A DNA stretch of 64,000 bases from Octopus bimaculoides (taxonomy: Eukaryota), in NCBI RefSeq assembly GCF_001194135.2, contig NC_068981.1:193195339-193259338 (forward strand), read 5' to 3'. The notes under the pieces are model-generated. The model saw only the letters and a program-made list of their open reading frames with translations, was not told where the DNA came from and searched no databases. The translations under genes were made by a program, and so were the position numbers. Shown in pieces: positions 25,600 through 38,903 of the stretch (position 1 is the first letter of the stretch; each line of letters opens with the position of its first letter).

Positions 25600-26490
25600 G
25601 TGAAGGAATATCCGTTATTAAATCTGCCCAAGTATTTGTCTATTATATCGACATGAAGTGCAATATCTCTTGGACTCATGACCACTACATCACCCTTCAA
25701 AGGCTATGTATTTTCAATTCAAGAACAGGAGATTTTTAAGTAATACATAATAAATAAAAGAGACAGTGAAGCCCTTGAGGGTCCAAGATGCAACTAAAAA
25801 TGTAGATTATGTCACGTTTCTGTAGAATACATCACATGATTAGCAGCTGCCCCAAAATGTTATCAAGGTACTACTTCCCTATGTGATAGATGTTGTTCCT
25901 TAAGCAATGTACAATGATGCCATTTGGGAAAAAGACACATCTGGAATAAATATAGAGAATCCACCTGTTATTGAAGAGCTACACAAACATCAACATAAGG
26001 AACATTGGTGAAACATTCCTATCAAAACATCTCTGTCAAGTGTAAAGATAACAAGCCAGATATTGTTGTTTGGGACAGACAAGAAAAAGTATGTATCCTC
26101 ATAGAGTTCAGCTGTCCTGCTGATGTGAATATCTCTTTGAAAATCAAAGAGAAAGAGAATAATTATGAACAACTGATTTAAAACCCCCAACTTTTATATT
26201 CAAATTATAAATTTACATTTATTAATAATAATTGGTGAATCTGGTTTTAGTGACAATCTGGACAAGGGTTTTCAGAAAAACCTAGTGTTTTAGAGAAGAA
26301 ATCAACCAACTAGCTTGCTCATTACAAATACAATCTGTAAATGAAACAGTAAAAATATGCAAGACTTTTTTCTCAAGTTTAAAACGTGACATTATTTTTG
26401 CTATCTACATTCCAACAATGGAGCTTTATATTTTTGCTAGAAACAAACCCGTTCCTCTGGGAAAAAATTTAAATAATTAAAAACAGAAGA
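25600..26490 (+). mobile_element. R4/Dong-type LINE 3' fragment (degraded; same family as 42140-43185)
   Basis: Colinear with 42290-43185: IQEQEI, HMISSCPKM..RYYFP, KPDIVVWD...IEFSCPADVNISLKIKEKE, TVKICKTF, and the 3' UTR ATAATTAAAAACAGAAGAG. Confidence 0.8.
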
Positions 26491-27606
26491 GAACGAATGA
26501 ATGAATATACATTGATCGATTGATCCATCCATCCATCTGTCCATCCGTCTGTATGTATGTATGATAGGCTTCTTTCAGTTTCCATTTGCCAAATTCATTC
26601 ACAAGGTTTTGTTCATCCCGGGCTATAATAGAAAACACTTGCCCAAAGATCCACACTATGGGACTGAACCCAGAAGCAAGTGGTTAGGAAGCAAACTTCT
26701 GAACCACACAGCCACATGCCTGTGCCTGTTATATATATAATGTGTGTGTGTGTGTGTCTGGGAGAGAGAGAGAGAAAGAAAGAAAGAGAAACAGAGAGAG
26801 AGAGCATGTTTGTTAGTGTTTTGACATTGCTTGACGGTTGTAAATGAATGTCACTATCATACAAGTGGGGTCCACCATCTGCAATCTTCTGCATAAACAT
26901 ATCTGGCTATGTGGAAATATTACTTGGAAACAGACAAGGGTTGGTGATAAGAAGAGCATCTAGTTTCAGAAAACCTGGTCACAGAAAACTTTAATGATAC
27001 TTTTAATCCAGTGGTAGTTAATATAAGAAGAAATAGATATATGAACTAAATTTTTCTATTCCTTAATGTCTGGAAGTCAAAATTCAAATGGTCTGTCCTT
27101 TTTCTTTTTCTAAAATATATTTTTCCAGACTACAGTATTTATATTTACATTATGTTTTGCTAGTTTTCATCTGTGATTAATATCAGGTGACATTTATTCA
27201 TTCCTGAATGTGCTCATAGTCAAGATTGGATTTGGATAAAGAATAACGTTTGTTTCTCAAAGAAGGAGAGTTTCATTCTATCCACAAGCCCCGCCCCCTC
27301 CACTATCATATTGCACTCTATTGGTTACGATTGTAAGGGTCCAGTTGATCTGACCAATGGAACAGCCTGCTCATGAAATTAATGTGTAAGTGGTTGAGCA
27401 CTCCACAGACACATTTACCCTTAATGTAGTTCTCAGGGAGATTCAGCATGACACAGAGTGTGACAAGGCTGGCCCCTTGAAATACAGGTACTACTCATTT
27501 CTACCAGCTGAGTAGACTGGAGTAATGTGAAATAAAGTGTCTGCTGGGAATTGAACTCACGACCTTATGGTCATGAGCCAAATACCCTAACCACTAAATC
27601 ACAATG

Positions 27607-27637
<31 letters not shown>

Positions 27638-27931
27638 GTGCACATACACACACATACACACACATACACACACAGATCCTCCACACACACACATACACAT
27701 GCACGCGTACACACTTTAAGGATGAGTTTAATAGATCAGAAAATTATAATCCTTTTAATGCCATCTCATTTCAGACAATCAGAACAATCAGAATGGACCC
27801 AATTATATTTTAATTTTTGTAATGAAGAATTACAAAGCAGAAGGCCTAAGATTATATCTTATCTTTTAACTCAGACTAATTAATTAAATTAATTTGAATA
27901 TAGTAATTTATATGTTCTTCAATGATAGTAC

Positions 27932-28058
27932 CATGTGTATGCGAATTTTAGAATAGAATAGAAACGTTATATTCATCAACAAGCAAGATATATTCTCCAT
28001 GACAAAATGCAGTGAATAACTTGTTCCCCAATTCAAATGTGCATTAAGCATATTCAGG
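27932..28058 (-). CDS. Weak candidate coding exon (phase 2 to 0) of the minus-strand multi-exon gene
   Basis: Acceptor TTATTATCAG, donor ATG|GTACTA. Open frame LNMLNAHLNWGTSYSLHFVMENISCLLMNITFLFYSKIRIHM. Phase matches the exon at 29068-29150. Confidence 0.25.
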
Positions 28059-28124
28059 CTGATAATAACATTGCAATTATATTCATCATCAAATGGTTGG
28101 AGGGTTTGACAAGAGTTGGCCACC

Positions 28125-28365
28125 AAGCTCTCCTGCCTGCTTTGGCATTGTTTCTGCAGTTGAATGCCCAGAACTTGTGAGCAATGTGTTGCTGTGGACA
28201 CCAAATTATGGTACCACAGCAGCTGGAAGACCACGGAAGACATATATATACAACAGCTTGCAGAAGATGTTGGATGCTAAGTTGAAAACCTAAAAACACT
28301 AGTGGAAGATCGGGAGGGATGAAGAAAGGTAGTCAGACTGGCTCGGGCAATCAGCCTAATTGGAA
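28125..28365 (+). mobile_element. RTE-X-like LINE 3' ORF tail
   Basis: LVSNVLLWTPNYGTTAAGRPRKTYI..LAEDVGC...LKTLVEDREG.RKVV resembles the RTE-type 'GRP.KT...' C-terminus. Confidence 0.55.
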
Positions 28366-28812
28366 GATGCCTTGCTTTTAAAAAAAATGTCCTTCCTAAT
28401 GCCAACCACTTTATAGTATGGATTGGATGCATTTTATGTGCCACCTGTATTATTGAGGTCACCAAATAAACTTGCCAGGCAAGACTTTTCAACAGAGGTG
28501 GGAGTAGTTTTGAGGGAGGTAGCTTTATGCCAGTTAATGAAAGGTTAAAATGTGATAGAAAGACGGGTACAAGTATCTTGTAGAAGAGATAGAGGGTTAG
28601 CCTAGTTGGAACAGAAATAAAACGGGGATGAAGATGTGTCAGGACGTACCCTCAAGATACAGGAAGGCAAATATAGGACAAGTAGTTTGGGTGGGTAAGT
28701 AAGTTCACATGGTGTTAGAGGTGACTGAAAGGGTTGGTAACAGAAGGACCATTCAGCTTTTAAAAAATACTCATATAGAAAAGCAGACATGAAATAGTAT
28801 TGATGGTGGTGG

Positions 28813-28855
<43 letters not shown>

Positions 28856-29067
28856 GATGATGATGACGATGATGATGATGATGATGATGGTGACAACAAA
28901 AACAATTACAACCATTATGATAACGACAATGACGATGATGATGATAACATAACAACAGTAAATCCATTACATCTATAATGTTTAAATTTGTTTGAACAAT
29001 TAAACATTTTCTAAAATACTTCTGACTAAGACAAAACTCTTTGGATATCAACATTATGAAAACTTAC

Positions 29068-29150
29068 AAAGTCAGGATTTCTTGTTGGACATGTAGACTA
29101 TTAAACCTTGCTGTTATGAAGACCACATATAGCATAGTTGTTAGACAAGT
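29068..29150 (-). CDS. Candidate coding exon (83 nt, phase 0 to 2)
   Basis: Acceptor TTTTATGTCAG, donor GTAAGTT. The only open frame is TCLTTMLYVVFITARFNSLHVQQEILT, which fits after the exon ending at 35172. Confidence 0.4.
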
Positions 29151-29351
29151 CTGACATAAAACATGTAATGTAGTTGTGAGACAGCTCCGAAAGAGGACAT
29201 GTAATGTAGTTATGTTACAGCTTCATTATAAAAAACAAATCATAGAATCTCTCGAGACTTTAGCTTGTAAACATTGGCATTTGTCACTGTGTTCTCTATG
29301 TTTACATATGGACGTGTAGTGTGATTGTTGTATGTATTTGATATGTGTATG

Positions 29352-29384
<33 letters not shown>

Positions 29385-29545
29385 GTGTGTGTATTTATGT
29401 ATGTTATATGTGTTTGTGTGTATGTACATGTGTTTACTGACACAGTTAAATAGATTGTTTATTAATGAGTAATTTACATGTACGTATGTGTATGTTTTGT
29501 GCATGGGTGTATGTATGCATGTGTCTGTCATATATATATATATAA

Positions 29546-29620
<75 letters not shown>

Positions 29621-31479
29621 TACAAACACATGTGTGTATACATGCATACACATATATATATGTGTATATTTTCGCTTAGGTGCGAGCAAGCGCAATAGTA
29701 AAGTAACACAATTGTATAAGCTGATTACTTTGCACAATCTGTTAATTAAGTTGTAATCTAAATGAACTTACATAAAAAGACTTATGCTGATGGCTTTATG
29801 TGATGCAAGAGACAAAAGAGAGGGAAAGAGGAAATGGAGAGAGAGGGGGAGAGATGGAAGAATGGGAGAGAGGAATCAGATGCTGATAATGTGTGTATCA
29901 TGTCAAAGACAAAACATAATGGTGTACGTATATATGTGTATGTCCGGAGAAAAAGAGAGACAGAGAGACAGGGGTGAGGGAGAGATATGTGATACAAAAG
30001 CAGTTAAATTGAAAGAGGTGAAAAGATAGAAAAGTAAGAGAGGTAGTATTAGGTCTTGCTTTACCTTTGATTAGAGATTAGCTACAACCTGCAGTATATT
30101 TATGTCATTTGTAAAAATCAAATTATTGAGTAACCAGGATATATACATAGTATAAAGTACAGCATTCCATTCACAACCTCTTGTATAAAATCTTTCAATA
30201 TACATCGATGCTAGTGCTGCCTTGTCAGTGCTAGTGCCACCTTGGGGTCAATGCCAGTGGCATGTAAACAGGACCATTCAAGCGTTAGTGATGTCAGTGC
30301 CGCCTGACTGACACCTGTGCCAATGGCACGTAAAAAGCACCATTCAGTATGGTTGATGTCAGTGCCACCTGCCTGGCTCCCATGCTGGTGGCACATAAAA
30401 GGCACCCACTACATGTGGTGGAGACTAAGCTGGTGGGAAGGAGAGAAAGAGGAAGGCAGAAAATGAAAATATTCAACTGGATGAAGAAGAGAATGAAAGT
30501 ACAGAACGAGAAAGACCTGGGTGATGTTGCAAGAGACAGAAATAAATGGAGGAGGCACAAGCCATGATTCATCATTAGCATGAATATGCCATGACACAAA
30601 AGAGGAGTACACTCTCAGAGTGGTTGGCATTAGGAAGGGCATCCAGCTGTAGAAACCTTGCCAGATCAGACTGGAGCCAGGTGCAGCCTCCTGGCTTGCC
30701 AGTTCTCTGTCAAACCATCCAACCCATGCCAGCATGGAAAGTGAACGTTAAATGACGACAATGATGATGACAATGATGATACATCATCCTTCTATGCACT
30801 GTACACATGGAGACTGTTGTAGTGGTGATAGAATAGAGAGATTGAGGAGTGTGTGTGTGGGGGGGGGGCAACATCATCACCTCGGATGTGGGAGCAGTAT
30901 TTCATGAGAGAAAAACTAGCCATTTTTTGGTAATGTTATTTGAGTAATCTTCTTAGCTTTTATCTTGCTTACTTCAGTCAGCAGACTGTGGCCATGCTGG
31001 GCCACCACCTTGAGGAACTTTTTTGTTCAACTGAATTGACTCCAGTATTTATTTTTGTGTTAAAGCCTGGCATTTATTCAATTGGTCTCTATTGCCAAAC
31101 TGATAAATCACAGGGATGTCAAATGGAGGTGGATGACAAACACTAATACACACACACACACACACACATGCACACACATACACAAACATATGCACACACA
31201 TACGCATATATGACATACTTCTTTCACTTTTCATTTACCAAATCCAGTCATAAGGCTTTGTTCAGCCAAGGTGCCATGTAGTGGGACTGAACCCAGAACC
31301 ATGTGGCTGGGAAGCAAACTTCTTACGACACTGCTATGCCTGCAATACCTTTGAGGGTTTTAATTGTATGTTGGTCAAGAATTTGTAATGTCTTTGCATG
31401 CTGGCAAAGTTTATGAAAGAGGAAGGAGAAGATTGTTCTTTGATATGAGCAGAGATTTTGTTTCATTTGTGTTAAAAGA

Positions 31480-31935
31480 TTGTCATAACTCCATCGGAGA
31501 ATGTATTTGTTGTCCCTGTTCATAAAGGCAGTTTAGCCTGCTCTGAGGTGTCTTTGTTGTGGTGGAGTAAAAGGTGGTATTATCCTGGACTTCGTGAAGG
31601 CAAAGTGCCTGAGTTCTTGTCAAGTGTTGGGCCTCACGGAGGCAATGACCAGGACCTTTGGCATTATGTCGTGCTTGAGAAGACCTATCAAGCCAAGTAA
31701 AATTGTAGTCATGGCAGATACTGGTGTCATGCAAGTTGGCACCTGTGCTGGTGGCACATAAAAGTACCCACTACATTCTTAGACTGGTTGGCATTAGGAA
31801 GGGCATTCAGCCATAGAAGACCATGCCAAATCAGACTGGAGTCTGGTGCAGCCTTCCAGTGTTCCAGCCCAGTCAAATCATCCGACCCATGCCAGCATGG
31901 ACAACAGACGTTAAATGATGATGATGATGATGATT
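31480..31935 (+). mobile_element. RTE LINE 3' end with (GAT)n tail (similar tails at 30190-30780, 36840-37050, 38350-39065 and 59160-59260 +; 10460-10860, 40650-40870, 45730-45920 and 54190-54500 -)
   Basis: Same ORF end and 3' UTR as 1231-2068. Confidence 0.75.
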
Positions 31936-33894
31936 AAAGCATATAATAGAATAACTTGTGGTCTTTGCTCTAACTCTCTAGGTACTGTGGTCAAAACCTG
32001 CCAAAGCCAGCATTTCATTTTGTCTTTTTGGGGTGAATTGATAAAATTGTTAGAGCATCAGACTGGATAACTAGTACTATCTATTCTAGCTATCTGTGTT
32101 CAAATGGCTCTACTATCTGTGATGGTACCAGTACCAAGCTGGCCTTTTCCTTAGATGGTATTAGTTCCTGGAGTGGTAATGGTCATTGCTAGTCTTACAC
32201 AAAAAAACTTTGTCCATGTTTGTGCCTTGTAAAAGACCTTTCCAGCTGTGGATACTCTAAGTATCTATAATAAATGTGGAAGATCATTGAAGAGAAGAGA
32301 GCAAGCAGATTGTTAATGTGCAGAGGAAAAGTGTAACCAATATTATTAAACGCTGGGGCACGCAAAGGTTTATGTAAGGAGTGGTGGGTAAGACAATTCC
32401 ACAGAATTTGTAGGGGTTCATGGCAAGGAATTAGAAGAACTGATGGTATCTCCATGTGTAAGGGAGTAGTGGTATGCACACAAGCCACCTATTTTACTCT
32501 AAAGTAAAGTAAAGTTCATCATAGTGCAATTAGTTAAAAAAAGTTAAAGTTTGTTTCAGGCGTACAGGCTCATTAGGTAGGAACTTGTCCTGTTTTGCAA
32601 GGCCTATAAGGGACTGGGTTTACAAAACACCTTACTGAATGGTGGTGGACTGATGTTCAATCCATCACAGGATTACACCCCCACCACCACCACCATCACC
32701 TTCTTTTAATAGAGCATCAGTTTATCACTGGGTTAACCCACAGAATAGGACATCAAGCCATCACAGGCTTAACCTCATGCGATAGGACATCAATCTCACT
32801 CCAGCTGCTGTTTTTACTCTTTTATATCTGAATAAACTAAAGGAACATAAAATGAAGTGTTTTGCTCAAATATGTAATGCATAATTTTATCTGAGAACCG
32901 AAACCACAGCCTTATTGTAAGTCCAACATACCAAACCTCTAGACCACTATATTACACTACAGTACATTTATTACATTATATTACAGTATAGTACATTACA
33001 ATACTATATATTATATTGTAACACACTACCAGAGCTGACTCTATGTGCAAGGCGAATTAGGTGATTGCTTGAAGCATGAAAATCAAGTATGCCACAAATA
33101 ATTTACACAAAATATCTTAATCCAATTAGAAACACAATAGATGAGGTCATTATTGGAACAAAGCCAAATGGATGACATGGGAAGGAGGAGGACAAGAGGA
33201 TCACATGATGTGGTGGCAGGTCACATGATTTGACTTGAAGCATTTCAAATTTTACCCAGTAACAAATTATTCAGTGATATAATAAAGCTATAACTCTTTT
33301 ATGCGCATGTTGAGTATTATAATTTTCAAACTGCATTTTCCAATCAGTGTAATGATGGCGATAGCTGGAGAATGTTATCTTTTATCTTTTACTTGTTCCA
33401 GTTGTAGCAAACTCATAAGAGGCGGAGAGAGAACGTAAGTTCGTTTGCCCGAACATGAGAAATTATTGACTTCCCATTGGTTAAAAATTACTGCCCATAT
33501 ACGAATTATGAACTTCGTTGAGGAAATCTTTCACGGGGTTACAGTTCTATGATTCGTGTATGAGTAGTTATACAGTCATTAGATTGCAGCCATGCTGGGG
33601 CACCACTTTGAAGAATCTTTAGCTGAATGGATCGACCCCAGTACTGTTTTTTGGGGGGTTTTTTTTGCCTGGAACTTATTCTTTCAGTCTCTTTTAATGA
33701 ACCACTAAGTTATGTGGACATAAACAAACCAACACCGGTTGTCATGTGGTGGTGTTGGTGGACAAACACAGACATAAAGACACATGCAGACACACACACA
33801 CACACACATGCTCAGCATTTGTGAAGCTGTCCAATCCATGCCAGCATGGAAAACGGATGTTAAATGATGATGATGTTGATGATGATGATGATGA

Positions 33895-33951
<57 letters not shown>

Positions 33952-35171
33952 ACAGACTTCTTTCAGTTTCCATCTACTAAATCCACTCACAAGGCCTTGG
34001 TTGACCAAAGGCTATAGTAGAAGACACTTGCCCAAGGTCACATGCAATGGAACAGAACCTAGAACCATATGGTTGAGAAGCAAACTTCTTACTACACAAC
34101 TACACCTGTGTCTGCAGAAAAATTTTTGTAGAAAACAATTGTAGACAGCAGTTCTCATTGTAGGACTGGGAGAAGAGAACACACCTGACATGGTTGATTA
34201 AGGGTGCTGAATACCCAATACTCTGGTACCAAATCTGCACATTATAATAGAATATGTTAAATAGTAGTTTCAAATCTATAAGCAATCTAGTGGTTAGCTG
34301 AGTGACAGAGTTGGTTGAGCACTGGAAATATATCTTGTGGTATCTGGATATCCCTTGGTGCTCTGAATTCAAACATCACCAAAAATGACTTTGCTTTTCC
34401 TCACTTCAGGGTCAATAAAATAAAATATTAGTCAAGTACTGAGGTTGATTTAACTGACTCAATTCATTAATCAAAATTTATGTGCCAGTAGTAAATTGAG
34501 AAATTGATTTTATATGCAATATATGCTACCCTAAGATTATCCATAAGCTCTAATATTAGGAGGTTCACTGTGAACTGACCTAGAGTCCATAAAAAGAGAG
34601 TCCAGCACCAGGAGAGCCAAGAAGAGGGCTCTGCTGGCCCCTAAAACATCAATCCCAATTTCCTTGAATTCTGAAATGAAGCACTCACTCCACCTGGCAC
34701 CCTGAAAGCAGTCTTGTTCCACTTTAGCAAATTTCTCACAGAGACTCTGTGTTAGGGTACCCACCCTTTTCCACCAACAAAATAGTAACAAAATGTCCAA
34801 TGGAGGATCTTCTATGTGGTTGCTTGACCCTGCTAGATATGAATAATGTACACCTGGAGGCAGGTGTACAAAAAAAGATAAGATTGTCACAGCTGGAGTA
34901 TCTTTGACCAAGTAGAACTAATGTGGACTAAATGAAAGTAATAATATAACTTAAGTACCAGTTTCGAACTGGTGTTGATCTAATCGACTGCCCCCCCCCT
35001 CCCCCCAAAATTTTGGGCCTTGTACCTAGAGTAAAAAAAAAACTGAAAAGTACCTGTTTTTTGGACACAAAATGTCTTAAATATTGTAAAATGTAATAGA
35101 CTAACTTTTAATATTTTGTCTGTTTTAAAGAAAAATCAATGAAGGAAGAAAGAAAAGAAGCAATCACTTAC

Positions 35172-35275
35172 CTTATTCTTTTTAAGAGACAAAACAGATG
35201 CAGCTTCTTGGTAATTCTTGCATTCCAGTTGCAGTATTTGATAACTCACAGGACTCTGAGTATCTTTTGCAACAG
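35172..35275 (-). CDS. Candidate coding exon (104 nt, phase 1 to 0)
   Basis: Acceptor TACCCAG, strong donor AAG|GTAAGTG. Open frame VAKDTQSPVSYQILQLECKNYQEAASVLSLKKNK. Confidence 0.5.
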
Positions 35276-35338
35276 CTGGGTACATTTAAATGATATGTGA
35301 TCATAAAATAGAACAATATCTTTGAATGATATTTAAAC

Positions 35339-35399
35339 CAAAAGATAGATTAAGCAACTTTGTTTCAAGGAGATTTGCTTCATGAAAGGCTTGATTCAG
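35339..35399 (-). CDS. Candidate coding exon (61 nt, phase 0 to 1)
   Basis: Acceptor TTTGTTTTCTATTGTAATTAG. Frame LNQAFHEANLLETKLLNLSF. Requires a weak GTTTAA donor and a 63-nt intron. Confidence 0.3.
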
Positions 35400-35495
35400 C
35401 TAATTACAATAGAAAACAAATCCCTCTCTATGTTGTATCTATGCAAATCCTAAAAGATTAAAGAAATCTGGTATATTAAAACTGTCTTACCATAC

Positions 35496-35608
35496 TTCCA
35501 TATTCTTCTGCAGATGCCTTTCCTCAAGATCTTTCTTAAACTTCATATAACACAGTTCTTCATTCTCATTTTCCAATTTCAAAGAGGACTCAGCTGAGAA
35601 ATTTTGTG
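35496..35608 (-). CDS. Coding exon (113 nt, phase 1 to 0)
   Basis: Acceptor TTTATTTCTCTTAG. Donor GAA|GTATGG (alternative TG|GTAAGA at 35491). Frame QNFSAESSLKLENENEELCYMKFKKDLEERHLQKNME. Confidence 0.6.
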
Positions 35609-38603
35609 CTAAGAGAAATAAATTTTTTCCAGGATATTTTCATATGAAAAATTATGTGTAATTGAAAATAGAAAAATTTATGAAATTGTTTATTTGAATT
35701 TAAATGTGCAGTATAATATAATTTATTATCTATATNNNNNNNNNNNNNNNNNNNNNNNNNNNNNNNNNNNNNNNNNNNNNNNNNNNNNNNNNNNNNNNNN
35801 NNNNNNNNNNNNNNNNNNNNNNNNNNNNNNNNNNNNNNNNNNNNNNNNNNNNNNNNNNNNNNNNNATATATATAAGGTGGTGAGCTGGCAGAATCACTAC
35901 CATTCTGGGGAAAATACTTAGTGGCATTTCTTTTGACTTTACATTCTGAGTTTAAATGCCATCAAGATTGACTTGACTTTCTTCCTTTTGAGGTTGATAG
36001 AATAAGTACCAGTCAAACACTGGGGTTGGTATAATCAACTTACTCCTCCCCTGAAGCCACTGGCCTTATGCCAAGATTTGAAACCAAAGTAGTGAGCTGG
36101 CAGAATGGTTAGCATGCTGGGCAAAATGCTTAGCAACATTTTGTTGACTTTAACTGCCTCCAAGGTCAACTTTGCCTTTCATCCTTTCACCACACTACCA
36201 ATGTCTAAAGGAAGGTCAGCTTACTTAGGCCAATATACTGCATGGCTCCAGTATCATCACAGACATTGCTATCAGATTGCCAAGAGCCTCACCAGATACC
36301 ACAAGATATGCCTGGTCTTCTAATAGTTCTGCCCCTCTAACATTCTGGGTTTGTACTCTATCGATCAGCAAAGGATGCAAGGCGAAGTTAACCATAAGCA
36401 GGATTGAACTTAAACACAGAAAATTGGAACAAATATATTATCGCTCTACCCATCACCCTAAAGACTCTGCTATTTCATTGCCTTTGAAAGTAATGGAAAA
36501 GATTTATGGAGGGTATTACTTGCTGCTAGAAATAGCAGTCAAATAACCATCAAACCACACCCTGACATAGTTTAATGATGTCTATACTAACAAATAATAC
36601 TCATGACATAGAAATTTGTTTAAGATGGCCATATGTGATTTGACAGGGGATTTGATTGCTATTTCTAGCAAATGGTAGTACGTTTTTGTAAATCTTCTAT
36701 CCTAACTTTCAAAAGTAATAAATTAGTTGAATCAATAAGGTACTCGGTAGAGGGATGTGGCATTTGTTCCAGGTCTCTATTGTTTGAGCTGGAATTCTGT
36801 CATAGTCAACACTGTCTTTCATTCTTTTAAAGTCAATAAAGTGCCAGTATCACATAAAAAGCACCCAATACACTTTGAAAGTGGTTAGCATCAGGAAGGG
36901 CATACAGTCAAAGAAACCATGCCAAAACAGACAATTGTAACCCAGTGCAGCTCTCTGGCTTGTCTATTCCTGTCAAATCATCCAACACTTGCCAGCATGG
37001 AAAATGGACATTAAGTGATAATGATGGTGATGATGATGATGATGATGAGGTGCAAATTCAGGATGGTGGATTGAGGGAGCTGTTAGCAGATTGGATAAGA
37101 TGGCTTGCAGCATTTGTTCCAGTTTTCTGTGTTGTGGCAGCAACTCTGATGACAAGATTGGTGCCATAAGAGATGCATGGAGGCTTTTCCTTGTATAAAC
37201 ACTGGAGGTGTGTAAAGGGGAGACTTGTATGTATGCTTCCCATACTTATGGTTCTCGGTTCAATCCCACTATCTGACACTTTTTCTTATAGCCTTGGGCT
37301 GACCAAAACCTTGTGAGTAGATTTGGAACTACACGGGAACTAAAATATATATTTATATATGTATGTGTGCGTGTGTGTGCATGTGTGCATGCACATGCAC
37401 ACTTGTGTATGTGCATGTCTTTGAGTCTGTGTTTGTTCTCCACCAACCCTTGAGGACTGGTGCTGGTGTATTTACATCCCCATAGCTTACCAGTTTGGTA
37501 AAAGTGACCAGTAGGATAAGTAGTTGCCTAAAAAATTATAAGTCCTGGTGTCAATTCATTTGACTAAAAATTCTTCAAGGTGATGCCCCAGCATGGCTGC
37601 AATCTAATGACTGAAGCAGGTACAAGATAAAAGACGCACAGACACATGGACAACAATGATCAACAGAAGCCTTCTGAACTTTCCTGCATTCAAGCCAGAC
37701 CTCTAGTTTGAGTTTTAACTTCCTTTCTTCCTCCTACACATCATGAAATCTCTGAAAAGGCCCCGGGATGCTACCTTTCCCCCAACAGACTAAGCAATTA
37801 AATTAATAAAAGCAATGAAGGTAATACAGCATTGTGAAAAGCATTGGAGAATCAACAGATCAACATATTATAAAACCTTGCATTAATCCACACTATATCC
37901 TTTGTAGTATTTTAGGTGGAAATTAGATATCTGGAGTATTAAAGGATTAAATGACTAAATCATGAGACTAGATTTAGAGGAAATTAATCTATAAACAAAC
38001 AAACAAAATCTCAATTTTCATTTTTACTTTGATGTTAATTTATATTAAATGTTAATTCGTCAAACTATTTCCTTGTGACATTTAGCCTCCACCACTTTAA
38101 CTGTTTCTGTCATATAATAAAATAATCATCTCATCTGACCACTCTGGATTGGTCAGTAGGATAACAACAACTGATAGACCAAGTATCATGCTAATGGCAA
38201 GGATGATGATGATCATGACAGTAGGGGTAGTAGCAGTGGTGGCAGCGTTGGTGGTAGTGTTGGTGGTAGTGGTGGTGATAGTGATGTTGGTAGTTGTTTG
38301 AGTGTGGCTGCTGCTGTGGTTGCTGTTGCAGATGAATATTATTCTCAGGTTTGGTCTCTGCACTGGTTTGGTCATGTGATGCAGATGGATGAGGACAGTT
38401 GCATAAAGAAGAACCGATCACTTAAACTGAATGGAAGCTGTGGAAGAGAGCAACCCAGGAAGACACGAGACAAAGTATTCATAGCCAATTTCAAAACACT
38501 GAACCTTACAAAGGTGAAGAAGGACCGAGATATATGGTGCATTGCTGTACACAAGATCTACCCACTACAACAGAATTTGTCCATGAGAGCAGATAGGCAG
38601 AGC

Positions 38604-38903
38604 TGGTGCCATGGAAAAGCATATGGTGCCACATAAAAAGCACTGGTGATGGTGCCACATAAAAAGCACTGCTGATGGTGCCACATAAAAAGCACTGGTG
38701 ATGGTGCTACATAAAAAGCACTGGTGATGGTGCCAGATAAAAAGCACTGGTGATTGTGCCACATAAAAAGCACTGGTGATTGTGCCACATAAAAAGCACT
38801 AGTGCTGGTGCCATGTAAAAAGCACTGGTGATGGTGTCACATAAAAAGCACTGGTGATGGTGCCACATAAAAAGCACTAGTGCTGGTGCCAGATAAAAAG
38901 CAC
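38604..38903 (+). repeat. Minisatellite: ten 26-bp units (TGGTGCCACATAAAAAGCACTGGTGA) plus partial flanking units inside an RTE 3' UTR
   Basis: Direct reading shows a period of 26 from 38624 to 38884, with no spacers. Confidence 0.95.

Noticed and set aside
27288-27330. GC-box plus CCAAT promoter
   Set aside because: The motifs are short, abut a SINE end and have no associated transcript evidence.
34537-34911. 124-aa minus-strand ORF
   Set aside because: No recognisable homology, it overlaps common repeat fragments, and it has no supporting splice signals.
38604-38903. CRISPR-like array of 26-bp repeats
   Set aside because: Units are contiguous with no unique spacers, there are no cas genes, the context is eukaryotic, and the array lies inside a LINE 3' UTR.
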